A DNA stretch of 64,000 nt from Octopus vulgaris (Eukaryota), in the NCBI GenBank assembly GCA_951406725.2, contig OX597832.1, forward strand, positions 24,862,001 through 24,926,000, in the 5' to 3' direction. Each line of letters starts with the position of its first letter. The first letter of the stretch is position 1. Below are positions 30,574 to 43,927 of this stretch, piece after piece. Below the pieces are notes generated by a model. It was not told the origin of the DNA. It worked only from the letters and a program-made list of their open reading frames with translations, and searched no databases. A program made the translations under genes and the position numbers.

Positions 30574-31386
30574 ATAAAGGTGGAAAGATTGGTATTGGCG
30601 TATGTAAGAGCTTGAAGATGTACGAGGTAGGAATTCTATTTATCTTACATCAAGGATATTCCATCCTCTACGCCGTAAAATCGCGCAAAATAAATTCTAC
30701 GTATTGATCATTCAGATCTTATAGATTTACTAACATACTCTTTGATATATTCAACCACACACACACACACACACACGCAGGCATTCACACGAACATGCAA
30801 TCACACAATTACACACGTACATACACAGAGTTACGCGTGCATCACACTCTAAGAAAATAAACCTGTTCTTATTCTCACGAAAATGACCTCCACCCGTATT
30901 GCGATGAGGTCGTGACACCCTGTTCTATACGATCCACATTACAGTTCGTTATGCAAATCAACAGACTAGACTCGAGTTTTTACCTCTTTACATACGAAGA
31001 AAATCTTTGCAGTTTGACTCTTTATACAACAATAAATATCAGGTTTTGCAATTTTTGTGAAATTTCTTATAGCGATTGTATTTATATATCATATGTCATC
31101 AGACAAATGCTGTTCTGTGTTTTTTTTTTCAGAAGCTAGGGTCTCTTGTTACGGATTAATTATACTTATGATCAGATTAGATACACTAGGTTTTACGCAA
31201 CTCAGAAATAATTCAATTTACGATACTTCTACATCGTCGAGAAGAATTTCCCATATAGCACAAACATTCTCGATTCCTACATACGTGTGTACGTACGTAC
31301 GTACGTATGTATGTATGCATGTATGTATGTATGTATGTATGTATGTATGTATGTATGTATGAATGTATGTATGTATGTATGTATGG

Positions 31387-31450
31387 AAATAGCAGCCAAA
31401 ACTTGAATCTAAAACCATGTGGTTTTAGAGTCAAGTTTTGGCTGCTATTT
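31387..31450. repeat. 31-bp-arm near-perfect palindrome
   Basis: aaatagcagccaaaacttgaatctaaaacca-tg-tggttttagagtcaagttttggctgctattt; 1 mismatch. Confidence 0.95.
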
Positions 31451-31486
31451 GCAGTATGGAGGTATCTCTTAGATACCCTAAATTAT

Positions 31487-31530
<44 letters not shown>

Positions 31531-32169
31531 TCATATACATATCTATATCTGTCTGTCTATCTATCCATCTATTTATTTATCTATCTATATGATACAAATA
31601 GTTATCTAACCAGTTGATTAATTAAGGGTCAGTCAACAGAACACATCACCCCGTATCACGTCGTCACCTACCTCTTGTTGTCTTTCTGCTGTTTTTTAAA
31701 CGACCTCTGCTCCTAGGTAATTGAGACCTGTGCATAATTCACATCTAGATCACTCAAAATATTCGCCTCACTTCTTTTCTTCATATAAACATTAGTCCAA
31801 TCTTTAAACTCCGCAAGTTAATGGACACTTAATTAGCAATAGTGTGAAAGCTTCACGGTGAGGCAATTTATCCACCGGTTGACAATAACTAATTTTAATT
31901 AACAAAAGGAAGTATTCTCTCGACAATAAAATGCTATGATAAATATTGTCACTGATATATATTGCAATTTTGCAATTTTATTAATAGCAAATGGAAATGA
32001 GCAGTATATGGTGGTTCAAGTATTTGATAATAGAGATGTACAAGCCGTTAAAAATTCGAGGTGGTCACAGTTGGATTACCTTTCATCATAGATCTAGAGC
32101 TTGGTCGCTGTAGAGAACTACCTTCAACACTGCCAACAGCAAGAACAAAAGTATTAATAACAAATAGAA

Positions 32170-32470
32170 CAGGTATGGCGGTGTGGTTAAGGTTCTCGCC
32201 GCGCAACCATCTAGCTCCGGGTTCAGTCCCACAATTCGGCATCTTGGATAAGTGTCTTCTTTCATAGCTCCGGTCTAATTAGGAGAGATGGAAACTGTGG
32301 AATATGTATATGTGTGCCTGATTTTGTCTCATCACGGTTTGACAACACACCGATCGAATACATACCAGATTTGAAAAACGTACCATAAATCCTAGGAGTA
32401 AAATGTTTGACTAAAACCTTCCGGGCGATACCCCAGTATGGCCGCAGTCTAATGACTGAAACAAGTAAAA
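32170..32470 (+). mobile_element. SINE family A, old copy
   Basis: ggcggtgtggttaag...ccgggttcagtccc...atggccgcagtctaatgactgaaacaagtaaaa. Confidence 0.8.
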
Positions 32471-32999
32471 TATAGAAGAAGCCATATGTACATTTTTATA
32501 AAGAGCTGTTCGCCATCTTTTTCAGAAGCCCTGTAGTTTTGCTACGAGACCTAAAATCACAGTGAGACAGGACATATGTTAATTAAATGTATGAATACGA
32601 TTTTGTACACATAATTATTCATATCCCACGCTGTAATGATACTCTAGGAATTAGCAAACAGAATATATTAAGACTCATATAAATATAATTAATGACAGTG
32701 ATACGAATTACGTTTTTCTTTATAAATATTAATTCAAATGGAAACTAACATTTATAAATCAATCAATTTAAAAAAAAAATTCTCGTTCCCATCTCCAATT
32801 GATGTAACCGCTTCAATATTAAAATATCGAAATAGTATGTTTGTTTATCAATTTTTGTGATGGCGGCTATGAAATATAAATGTTATATCAGAAACGAAGT
32901 TATTTAATATACTAACTTATACGTTGCGTTATGTAATATCATCGTATCGATCAGATTATCGGATGATGTTAAAAACCGCTGATCAGAACGCACTCACTC

Positions 33000-33085
33000 G
33001 CATTTTTGTAGCTTACCGTAATCAACCCGCCTACGTTCCCCCGGGACGGAACTCCAGAACTATTCCGCGAACTTTTTGATGCCAC

Positions 33086-33091
<6 letters not shown>
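33000..33091. mobile_element. Mariner terminal remnant
   Basis: gaactttttgatgccacctcgta matches the TIR at 25921-25947. Confidence 0.6.
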
Positions 33092-33143
<52 letters not shown>

Positions 33144-33174
33144 TACACCCCCACACACATATATATATATAAAT

Positions 33175-33312
33175 CGGGCTCATTTTCGTTTCGGTCTACC
33201 AAACCCACTCACAGGACTTTGATATACCTGAAGCTTTAGTAGAAGAAAGCTGCATAAGTTGCTACGCACGGGGATATTATCCGAAAATTACGTGCTTGGG
33301 AAGTAAACTTCT
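33175..33312 (-). mobile_element. SINE family A, degenerate 5' half
   Basis: tctaccaaacccactcacagg...tagtagaaga...aagtaaacttct. Confidence 0.65.
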
Positions 33313-34742
33313 CTTTCTCTCACTGTATTTCTCTCTCTCTCTCTTTCTCCCTCACCTGTCTTAGATGAGAGAAGCAGCCCACGAAATTGAAACCGAAAGT
33401 GAAACTGGAAATTACGGACAAGTTAATATCAAAGCAATGCTAGTGATCAGCAAATATAACAGAAGTTTTGAATGATATGAAACATGGAATGCTCTTGGTA
33501 TGAGTGCACAAATTGCAGTCGCTGCAAGCAAAAGTTCCATAAAATGAAGAAATCTTTCAAGAACCGAATAATAATATTAGCAAGTTTTGGGTCTTGATAT
33601 GAAGTAACACGACTTAGAGGAGTTCCCCGCCAGCATAAGAGATGGTCTTCTATAATAATAAAAGCGAAATTATGTCAGTCCGTCTGGGACCCCTGTATCT
33701 TAGTCTACAAAGACATATTACATTGTCCCTTTTTGAAATCAGGATGAGCCTGGGATTGAAAATCTGCCGTTCATTTGGCTTTTGACCATCCAGCATTGAG
33801 ATCTGATTTGAAAGTATTTGGATTGCTATTTCTAGCAGGTAAAGCTTGGCTGAATCACGCCATCTTCGTTGGCGAATGTCAGATGACGTCAGAGATTTAG
33901 GGGAGAGAAATAACGTTTGGTTCGTTAATTTTATGTCGAGATAAGAACCTCGAGACAAATTGGTCAGCAGATGGAATCCAACTTTGGACTAGAAAATTAA
34001 AATGATTGCATTACAAAATTAATTCTCATCCGTCCTTAAACCCTGATAAAACACCTTCGAGATATATAGACATTATAGATTTATTATAGCCATGCTATTT
34101 AACTCTCTTTAATTGTGAGCCGCAGGGTCAATTAGCCCTCCGCAAGAGCCAGCTCAAACGTCAGCATGGAGTGCAACTTTTAAGCTGGCAACATAAAATC
34201 CGAAAGAGTTAAATATAAAAGTTTATGACTCATTTCCTTGTATGTGACGGGAAATTTGACTATGGATATTAATAAGTTTATAAGATAATAGCTGTACCAT
34301 TGTAAGTAGAAACTGATGCAGTGTAAATACCTGATATGAGGTGGTTATCATCTGGCAATATAAGGGTATCATAACATTATATGTACAGACTGAAAGGCTT
34401 AGCATAACCACGAACACATACTCATGCTTACACATATATATATACACACGTTGGTGTGTGTTTGTGTGGAGAAGGGGATTTCTTTCTCTGTTCGTATTTA
34501 TATATGCGCACATATCTGCACTTATTCAATAAATTCATCACAATCCAGTGTATATAACAAGTGTGTATGTATGGATATATGTATGTTTGCATGTTTGTAT
34601 GCATGTATGTATGTGTATATGTAAGTATGTAGGTAAGTACATATGTATGAATATATACATCCAACAATACATATGGATATATATGTATATATATATATAT
34701 ACACACACACACAAATATCCCATATATTAGCGCGGACTAAAT

Positions 34743-34780
<38 letters not shown>

Positions 34781-34877
34781 ATATGTATGTATAAATATAT
34801 GTATATGTATATGTGTGTGTATATATGTATGTATATGTGTGTGTATGTATGTATGTATATGTATGTATGTATGTATG

Positions 34878-34909
<32 letters not shown>

Positions 34910-35302
34910 TGTATGTATGTATTTATGCATGTGTGTATATTACGTAACATGAGCATGCGCACTCCGCACTATTTACCCACGAACACCAAAGTTGTATATC
35001 AATAACTATTTCGCCGATATATTATGCATAATATGAATTATCATCCGATATCACTGTAAACATCACTTTCAATAAGAGAGAAGGAAAGAGAGATTGAGAG
35101 AGAAAGACAGAGAGTCACGAAGAAAGAGAGATAGAAATAGTGAGGGCGGTGGGGAAAGAGGTAGAGACGCAAGGTTTCTTCTAGTAATTGATTCAAGATA
35201 ACTGCTGGAACTTGTCAAAGCAAACTAACACGTGATCTTTCTCGTTTTCATTTCATTTCTTCTGTTACTTTCAACCTCACTTTTCACTCCATTTTGGCAA
35301 TA

Positions 35303-35797
35303 CACATACATACCTACCTACCTACATTCATGCGTACATTCATACATACATACATACATACATACAAACAAACATACATACATATATACATACATACATA
35401 CATACATACATACATACATGCATGCATGCATACATACATACATACATACATACATACATACATACCTACCTACCTACCTACATTCATGCATACATTCATA
35501 CATACATACATACATACAAACAAACATACATACATATATACATACATACATACATACATGCATGCATGCATACATACATACATACATACATACATACATA
35601 CATACATACATACATGCATACATACATTTATACATACATACATACATTTATACATACATACATACATTCGTAAATGCATACACACCTTCATACGTACATA
35701 AATTCATACATAAATACATACATTCATACATGCATACATACATACATACATACATTCATACATAATACATACATACATACATACATACATACATACA
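35303..35797. repeat. (CATA)n degenerate microsatellite with an internal higher-order duplication
   Basis: Block cctacctacattcatgc..acattcatac..aaacaaac..atgcatgcatgc occurs twice. Confidence 0.9.
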
Positions 35798-36057
35798 TGG
35801 ATGCGTTGTGTATATGAAATTTGTGTGTATGTATATATTTATATATATGTAGATAGGTAAATAGATAGATAGATATACATATATATGTATGTGTCTTTGT
35901 AAATGTGTATGTATATATATACGCACACACACATGTCTCCATATATAAATATATGGAGACATATATTGAGTTTTGTTTCACATCTGCTCTACCAAATCCC
36001 TCACGTTATCTCTCTACACACATACACACATACACGCACAAATGCACACACACACAT

Positions 36058-36108
<51 letters not shown>

Positions 36109-37380
36109 AGTGTTTTAGTGTGTGTATGTGTGTGTATGTGTGTTTGTATGTGTGTTTGTATATATATATATATATACATATATACACTTAAATATACACT
36201 GTGTTTCTTCATCTATTTCATACTTCTAACTTTCTCAAATTTTCGCTGATTATTTAAGTTTGTTTCGTTCCAAATGTCTCTCCAAACAATTTAATCCTCT
36301 CGTTTGCTTTGTATCATTCGTTAAAAGCAATTATATAAAACTCGTATCTCGACGAATTTCATATCAAAATTTGGTTAAATATATTACTTGACAGCCTGAC
36401 TATAGAAATTTAAAACCAAAGAATTGTTGATAGAAGGAAATTATTTTGCGATAAGGAATATATATATTTTATATGGCGGAAGAGATGAACGTTATCAAAT
36501 TTTATATGCATCAAAATGATGTTGTATGATCAACGGCTGGCCTCTTTCTCGTTTTCTCTCTCGCTTTTTCTGCTTGTCTCTCTCGCTCTTTCTCATTAGC
36601 TGACTGTAGAAGTTACGCTTAGAGAAATTTATCAGCGAAATATTTATTGATATTCAACTGTTATGTGGCGGATAATTGATGTGGAGTGTGGATGGTATGA
36701 CACGTATCAAAAAGCAGAAAAAAAAAGCATCCAACTTGCCTTTTGTTTTCGCGATCTCAATGATGTGTTGTAAAGTTAAAATTACGATAAACTGCTCTCT
36801 ATATCTAAGAGGCACATACAGTTATCATGTATGATATAGTGCTTTTGATATCATGTTTTCTTAATGTTTTCTTTCAGTTGTGATGAATTTGTTCTGTATA
36901 TCTAAACTGCTAATACGAATCTTACGTATTATATAGAATTTCATAAAAAAAAAAAAAAAAGAATTTCACAGAAAATTAAAATTCTTATTCAGCAGAAATA
37001 CGGAGATATTTCTATTGATTTATTATTATAGCAGAACTTGTGAATAGTTGCTTAGTTGTTTGTGCATTCATGCTAACGAATCTGCTGAGGTTGCAACGGG
37101 GCTGAAAGTTGAAAGGGCCTGTAGAAATTGTGGAGCAATGATGAAATAAAATCTGAAAGCATTTCGTTTGTAAATCACCCGATTTACTCTAGTTTTCTCA
37201 CATCAGATGTGCACACACAAGTACATCCGCTTGCGCTTATACGCAGGCGCGCATATCAGATGGTGGGTAAAAAGTGAAACTCGAATAAATAATTTTACTG
37301 TAAGAAAGACAAAGTCTCATATTTGATACAAGATCCTTTCCTGAGGAAAAAGATCTATACACCCCCCACACACACACACA

Positions 37381-38005
37381 TATCGGGTGGGATGGGTAAA
37401 TTTTCTATTTTTAATTTCGTGCATTCACATTCTTTGTTTTTGATTTTGTGGACTACACAGTATAGTAGGGTCAGTTGCGCACCGCATGTTAGAAAAACAG
37501 CACCATGGTTCAATTCAATTCAGAAATGTGGAAACGATATGCTCTACTGCTTGGCATTCGCGCCGGAAGCTCCATTACGAACAATTCAGAGTGTTTGGGT
37601 CTCAATCTGAAGACAGTGTAATCTGTGGACATGTACTGAGAGTTATAAGTATCAAACATCCTGTCAAAATCATGGTGTTTGGAGTGATCACTAATGATGG
37701 CTACGTTATGCCTTCATTTATCTTTGCACACGGCTTCAGACGCAAAATGGAAGCCTACAGCAAGTTCCTGGAGTGGATTGTGCTGCCCAGAGTAAAGCAG
37801 AGTCCGCTGAAAGACTATGTCTGGCGACAGGACTCTGCTCCATGCCAGACAAGCATAAGAACGCAGTCATGAGTGTCAGACAATTTCTGTACACACATCA
37901 GCCCTAAAATCTGGTCACCTAATTCTCTCTACTGCAACCTGCTTGATTATTAGGCATGAGGCGCAGTTGAGCGAGAGGCCAACAAAACTCCTTGTAAAAC
38001 CAAAG
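37381..38005 (+). mobile_element. maT (DD37D)-like mariner relic, 3'-truncated
   Basis: KHPVKIMVFGVITNDGYVMPSFIFAHG...YVWRQDSAPCQTS...WSPNSLYCNLLDY; same 5' end as the 13580 copy. Confidence 0.88.
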
Positions 38006-38031
38006 ATAGACGGAAGGCAAGGGTTATCGCA

Positions 38032-38079
<48 letters not shown>

Positions 38080-38109
38080 ATGTGAGTGTGTGTGTGAGTG
38101 TGTGTGTGT

Positions 38110-38333
38110 GTGTTTATGCATCTGTGGTTGTCCCATCCTCCATCAATTGACAACCGACGTTGGTGTGTTTACGTCCCCGTAACTTAGCGGTACGGTCAAA
38201 GACACCGATAGAATAAGTACTAGGCTTACAAAGAATAAGTCCCCTGGGGTCAATTTGTTCGAATGAAGACGGTCATCCAGCACGGCCGCAGTCAAATGAC
38301 TGAAACAAATGAAAGAATAAAAGAGTAAAAGAA
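38110..38333 (+). mobile_element. SINE family A, 3' half
   Basis: ttgacaaccga.gttggtgtgtttacgtccccgtaacttagcgg...gactgaaacaa. Confidence 0.88.
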
Positions 38334-38384
38334 TACACGAATGTACATATATACACACCCACACATATAAATAAATACACACAC

Positions 38385-38476
<92 letters not shown>

Positions 38477-38555
38477 CATACTTACATACACGCGCACACG
38501 TGTACAGTTACACGTACACGCAGATACATATGTATATATATATATATATATGTGC

Positions 38556-38592
<37 letters not shown>

Positions 38593-38600
38593 GTATATAT

Positions 38601-38663
<63 letters not shown>

Positions 38664-38719
38664 CATAGAGAGAGACATAAAGAGATATATACAGATATAC
38701 ATATATATATACATATTAC

Positions 38720-38758
<39 letters not shown>

Positions 38759-39294
38759 TAGATAGATATACATACACGCAAACACACACAGAAACACACA
38801 TATATACGCATACATATACATGAAGAAGCGCATAGATAAATATATGCACATATATTCATTTAATTAATATGTGCGCAGGTGTGTGTATCCATACATGAAT
38901 CTGTGTATTCCGTGTGTGTGTGTATGTGTCTGGGCCTCAAAATTACAGTTCTGTCAGGATAGCTTCCAATGGCAATAAATCAAGTTAGAAATGAAATAAT
39001 AAAGAACGTGAAATTCCTGCAAACACCTACACTTCCTTTCCTCAACAATATGATGTAATTAAGTAAAAATTATATTTCCATCAATACAAAAGTCTGTTCC
39101 GATAATTTAATTAACAAAGAAAATTATATTTCTTAAATATTATTCATTGTCTTCGTAATATTTATCAAAATAATGCTGATTTGTAACAGAGGAAAATGGC
39201 TGATATTTATCATCGAAAATTCTCAGGATATTTTACGTATCCAGCATTCAATAATCCTGTTACGATCCTGTCATTTTGGTCAGTATTTGGGGGG

Positions 39295-39441
39295 TTATTT
39301 ACATTATTTACATTTGACGGATATTTGTTCTCATCTTGTTTGTTGTTAACACAACGTTTCGGCCGATATACCCTCCAGCCTTCTTCAGGTGTCTTGGGGA
39401 AATTTCGAACCTGGTTTCTCATTCCTAAGGTATTTTTCGAA

Positions 39442-39482
<41 letters not shown>

Positions 39483-39494
39483 TATTATTATTAT

Positions 39495-39547
<53 letters not shown>

Positions 39548-39984
39548 TTATTATTATTATTATTATTATTGTTATTATTATTATTATCATCATCATAATC
39601 ATCATCATCATCGTAATCGTCATTATTATTCTGCTGTGTTCCTGGGAGAGTCATTTTGTTTTTGTGCCTTATAATTTAACACACTCACCAGTAATATTTC
39701 CACTTATTTCTTCTTTTTGAAATGGAAATTTTACCGGTGAGTGTGATAAATTATAAGGCACAAAAAGAAAATAACTCTCCCCAGACACAACAGACTATGC
39801 TTCAGCACACGAACTCATATAAAGAATCTTGCAAACCAAATCCAAAAACGAAATATTATTATTATCACTCAGGTCACTGCCTGGAATCGAACTCGGAATC
39901 TTGAGGTCAGTAACCCACGCTCTTAACCACTACACCATATGTAAATAATGTACATAATTCCTCATCTCTTAAACGTAGAACTGT
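39295..39984 (-). mobile_element. Composite tRNA-head SINE/retrozyme-like element with a hammerhead tail and 13-bp TSD
   Basis: TSD agtatttgggggg at 39282-39294 and 39985-39997; A box 39927-39937, B box 39883-39892, hammerhead 39348-39393. Confidence 0.75.
39348..39393 (-). ncRNA. Minimal type-I hammerhead ribozyme
   Basis: Minus strand GACAC-CUGAAGA-A-GGCUG(gaggguauau)CGGCC-GAAAC-GUU-GUGUU: intact core, stems I and II, palindromic minimal stem III, GUU triplet. Confidence 0.75.
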
Positions 39985-40524
39985 AGTATTTGGGGGGATA
40001 TTTTAAGCTGTTTGCTTTTGAGATGATCCAACTATAATACCGATAAAAACCTTTTAATAAATTTTAGTCGACCTTTTCTGGGTAAGTTATTTTATTGGGG
40101 TTCTTAGTAAATATGTATTAAACAATAAAGAATTTTAGTTTATTTTATCGGGAGCTTGTTTATTTATTAATCCTAATTTTTGGCTGTGTTTATTCGTGTG
40201 TGAGTGAGCCTCTGTATCTAAACATCTAGTTTCCACGTATTCGTTGATGTGTATGTACCTCCTGACAGTTTGGTTAAATCTATAGATGTATAGAATATAA
40301 TTTTAGTCAGTGTGACCAAAGTATATTTCATTTTGGTCTGTGTTCAAAATGTTGCTTTCTATTTCATTGAAGGTGATATTTTAATTGTAATTAATTCGGA
40401 GTCTTTGTTTGAGTTTAATTAATTCGGAATCTTTGTTTGTGCTTGTTTGTAATGTGTGTGAGTGTGTGGGTATCTAGTTTTCGAATATTTTCTGATGTGT
40501 TATTTCCTTATGTAACAATGAAGT

Positions 40525-40842
40525 TGGGTGGCTTGGTGGTTAAGATATTTCATCTCATGATCCTAGGTCGTCGGTTCGATTCCCGGCGGCGTGTTGTGTC
40601 CTCGAAGGAGACACTCTACTTCACTTTCCTTCAATCCACTCTCCTGGCAAATAATGAGTAGTACTTCTATTTCAAAGGACCGGCCCTGTCACATTCCTAG
40701 TCGGGTTGAATCTCACTAAGAACTCCTTAAGTGTAGGTATGTTTGTCGAGCGCTCAACCACTTGCATGATACATTCTCTCGCAGGCTGTTCCGTTTATCG
40801 GACCTACTGGAACCCCCATTGTCGTAAGCGACGGAGTGCCAA
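40525..40842 (+). mobile_element. tRNA-derived SINE family D
   Basis: gtggcttggtggttaag...ggttcgattccc head; body homologous to the minus-strand copy at 53884-54117. Confidence 0.8.
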
Positions 40843-41427
40843 TTTCTTTCTGCAACATTCTATTTATTACTCCACGTCTTCATATCAACTTATTATTCAT
40901 TAAGCCTAACTAATTGAAATTATCCATCAGTTTAGGGCAGACGGCGAAATATGGCGGCTATTTAAAGATTTCATTTCGGAAATACACTCCGAGTTTATCG
41001 CTTATTTAAAATTATTTTTAGCGGCATACATTATTGAATTTTCATTCTCTGTGTGTGTATATGCTTGTGAATCTATGTATACGTATGTATATATATATGT
41101 GTGTGTGTATGTGTGTGTATGTGTGTGTGTGTGTGTGTGTATGTGTATGAGTGTGTGTGCTCGGGTTTCTGGCTTCCATTTTCTTATGTGTGTGCGTGTG
41201 TGAATTTTCGAAATGTTCTTATACTGTAACCTATTCAATCCTCCACGGCTTGATACCAATGTATCATTGTTTGCCAAGCCTGACTAATTGCAATTATCCA
41301 TCAATTTGTCACAGACGGCAGCGTGTGTTGGCCATTTTAAAATTGCAGCTTACAAACACACACGGCGTTTTACAGTTACTTAAAAATATTTTCTTATTCA
41401 TTTAAGATTCCTGGCATCGAAGTCTAT

Positions 41428-42100
<673 letters not shown>

Positions 42101-42646
42101 GATGACATCAACATTTCCACCATAATATCATCAACACAAACAAGACTTATGAGAAGACAAACACCAAAGGGCAAGTTTAGAAAGAAGTGAACAGAGTCTT
42201 AGCAAAACAGTGGGAAATGGCGAAATTGATGTGTTTCAATTTAGTAAAAGCATCACTTATTGAATTTGCTTTTAAAAAGACAAAGTGTCAAATATATAAA
42301 AAGGGAGCACAGGAAAAGGCGTGCGGTGAGGTTCATTAATTTTACCCTACCACTGCAGTAATTGTAATATAATTAATGTTACATTAATATAACTAATGTT
42401 TTTTTTCTTTTCTTTTTTTGCAGTACTAGTGGTGTTCAGAGTTAAGATGTCTATTTAGTGGCCGAGTCCACCTCGCTGGAAATATTTCTGATGTGGTTTC
42501 CTTAACAGTTATTATGGTGTTGTGTTATTCCAAAGTGAAAGCTGGACAATGTGAGAGCTAAGGGGGAGATTATTACAATAGGGGACGGCACCTCAAGGTT
42601 TTATTTTCGTCGTTTCGACATTCATATGGAGTAAGGTTCTCCAACC

Positions 42647-42877
42647 TATTTCTTTATTAACCACAAGGGGCTAAACATAGAGTGGACAAACAAGGCCAGA
42701 CTTATGTATTAATTCGATTACATCGACCCCAGTGCGTAACTGGTACTTATTTAATCAAAACCGAAAGGATGAAAGGCAAAGTCGATCTCGGCCGTATTGG
42801 AACTCAGAACGTAGCGGCAGACGAAATACTGCTAAGCATTTCGTCCGGCGTGCTAACGATTCTGCCAGCTCACCACC
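42647..42877 (-). mobile_element. SINE family B, full length
   Basis: tatttcttta..ccacaaggggctaaaca...gaaaggatgaaaggcaaagtcga...ctgccagctcacc. Confidence 0.9.
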
Positions 42878-42987
42878 CAGCCACGGACCAGTACCGGGCC
42901 GCAGGTCATTCGGCACTGGGCCGCACAGAAAGAATGAATTTTAAATCATTATTTCTGTTTTATTAATTTTCGCAGTTTGTTTGTTAA

Positions 42988-43197
42988 GGTGTGGCTGTGA
43001 GGTGGGACGTTTACTTCCCAACCACAAGGTCCCAGGTTCAGTCCCGAGCGTATCACCCTGAGATTTGTTGTCTCCAAAGTGCTACATTCCTTTATTCTTT
43101 TATTTGTTTCAGTCATTTGAGTGCGGCCATGTTGGAACAAGCCTTTGGTCGAACACATCGACCCCGGGACTTATTCTTTGTAAGCCTAGTACTTATC
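42988..43197. mobile_element. SINE family A head (+) next to a family A tail (-)
   Basis: ggtgtggctgtg..caaccacaaggtcccaggttcagtccc followed by tgtttcagtcatttga.tgcggccatg...aagcctagtactta. Confidence 0.7.
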
Positions 43198-43299
43198 AAA
43201 TCGTGTTTATATACATTTTATATACATATATACATATACTTACACATATAAATACATACATATGTACATTATGTATACATGCATATATGTATGCATGTA

Positions 43300-43362
<63 letters not shown>

Positions 43363-43535
43363 AACTAGTTAGGAAGTTTCCTTTGTTTGCAATGACGTAG
43401 TTCAGTGTTCGATCTAAGAGCGAGGTAATTTGGTCGAGTATACATAAGCACCCTCTAGGACCATCTCACGTTGTGAGTGAAAATAAGGTAAGGACAAAAA
43501 CTCTGAACAGACGCGCGTCAAAGGGAATGTGATTG

Positions 43536-43927
43536 TATCGGGCTGAGTCAAAAGTAAGCAAAGTTTTGAAACATGAAATTCATCCCAATATATTTCAACA
43601 ATGCGGAAATTTTATTCATCATTTTCGAACCGACCACCCACTGGTCATTTTCCCACCAAAAGTTTCGTTGATATCGCGAGCAGTTTCAGCAGCTTTACGT
43701 CCTTTTTTGAAGTTGAATCAAAATAGCTTTAACATCGCGCTTTGACACATCCATTTCAGATTATTGTAACAACGGGGGAGAATACCAATGTCAATTTGGC
43801 AAGTCTATGTCTGTATTATCAGACAGTTACAAAAAAAAAATGTCTAAAATAAATTCAAAACTTTGCAAAATTCCGGTATATATTCTTCATGGTTCAAAAC
43901 GATTCTTACTTATTACTCATCCTGATA
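43536..43927 (-). mobile_element. Internally deleted mariner (Hsmar1/cecropia-like N-terminus) with TIRs
   Basis: TIRs tatcgggctgagtcaaaagtaag and cttacttattactcatcctgata; minus strand encodes MDVSKRDVKAIL..FKKGRKAAETARDINETFG. Confidence 0.85.

Noticed and set aside
33648-33700. Helitron-like 5' end tctataataataaaag
   Set aside because: No matching 3' hairpin and CTAG end found nearby
40388-40438. 23-bp tandem duplication taattaattcgga.tctttgttt
   Set aside because: Ordinary slippage duplication
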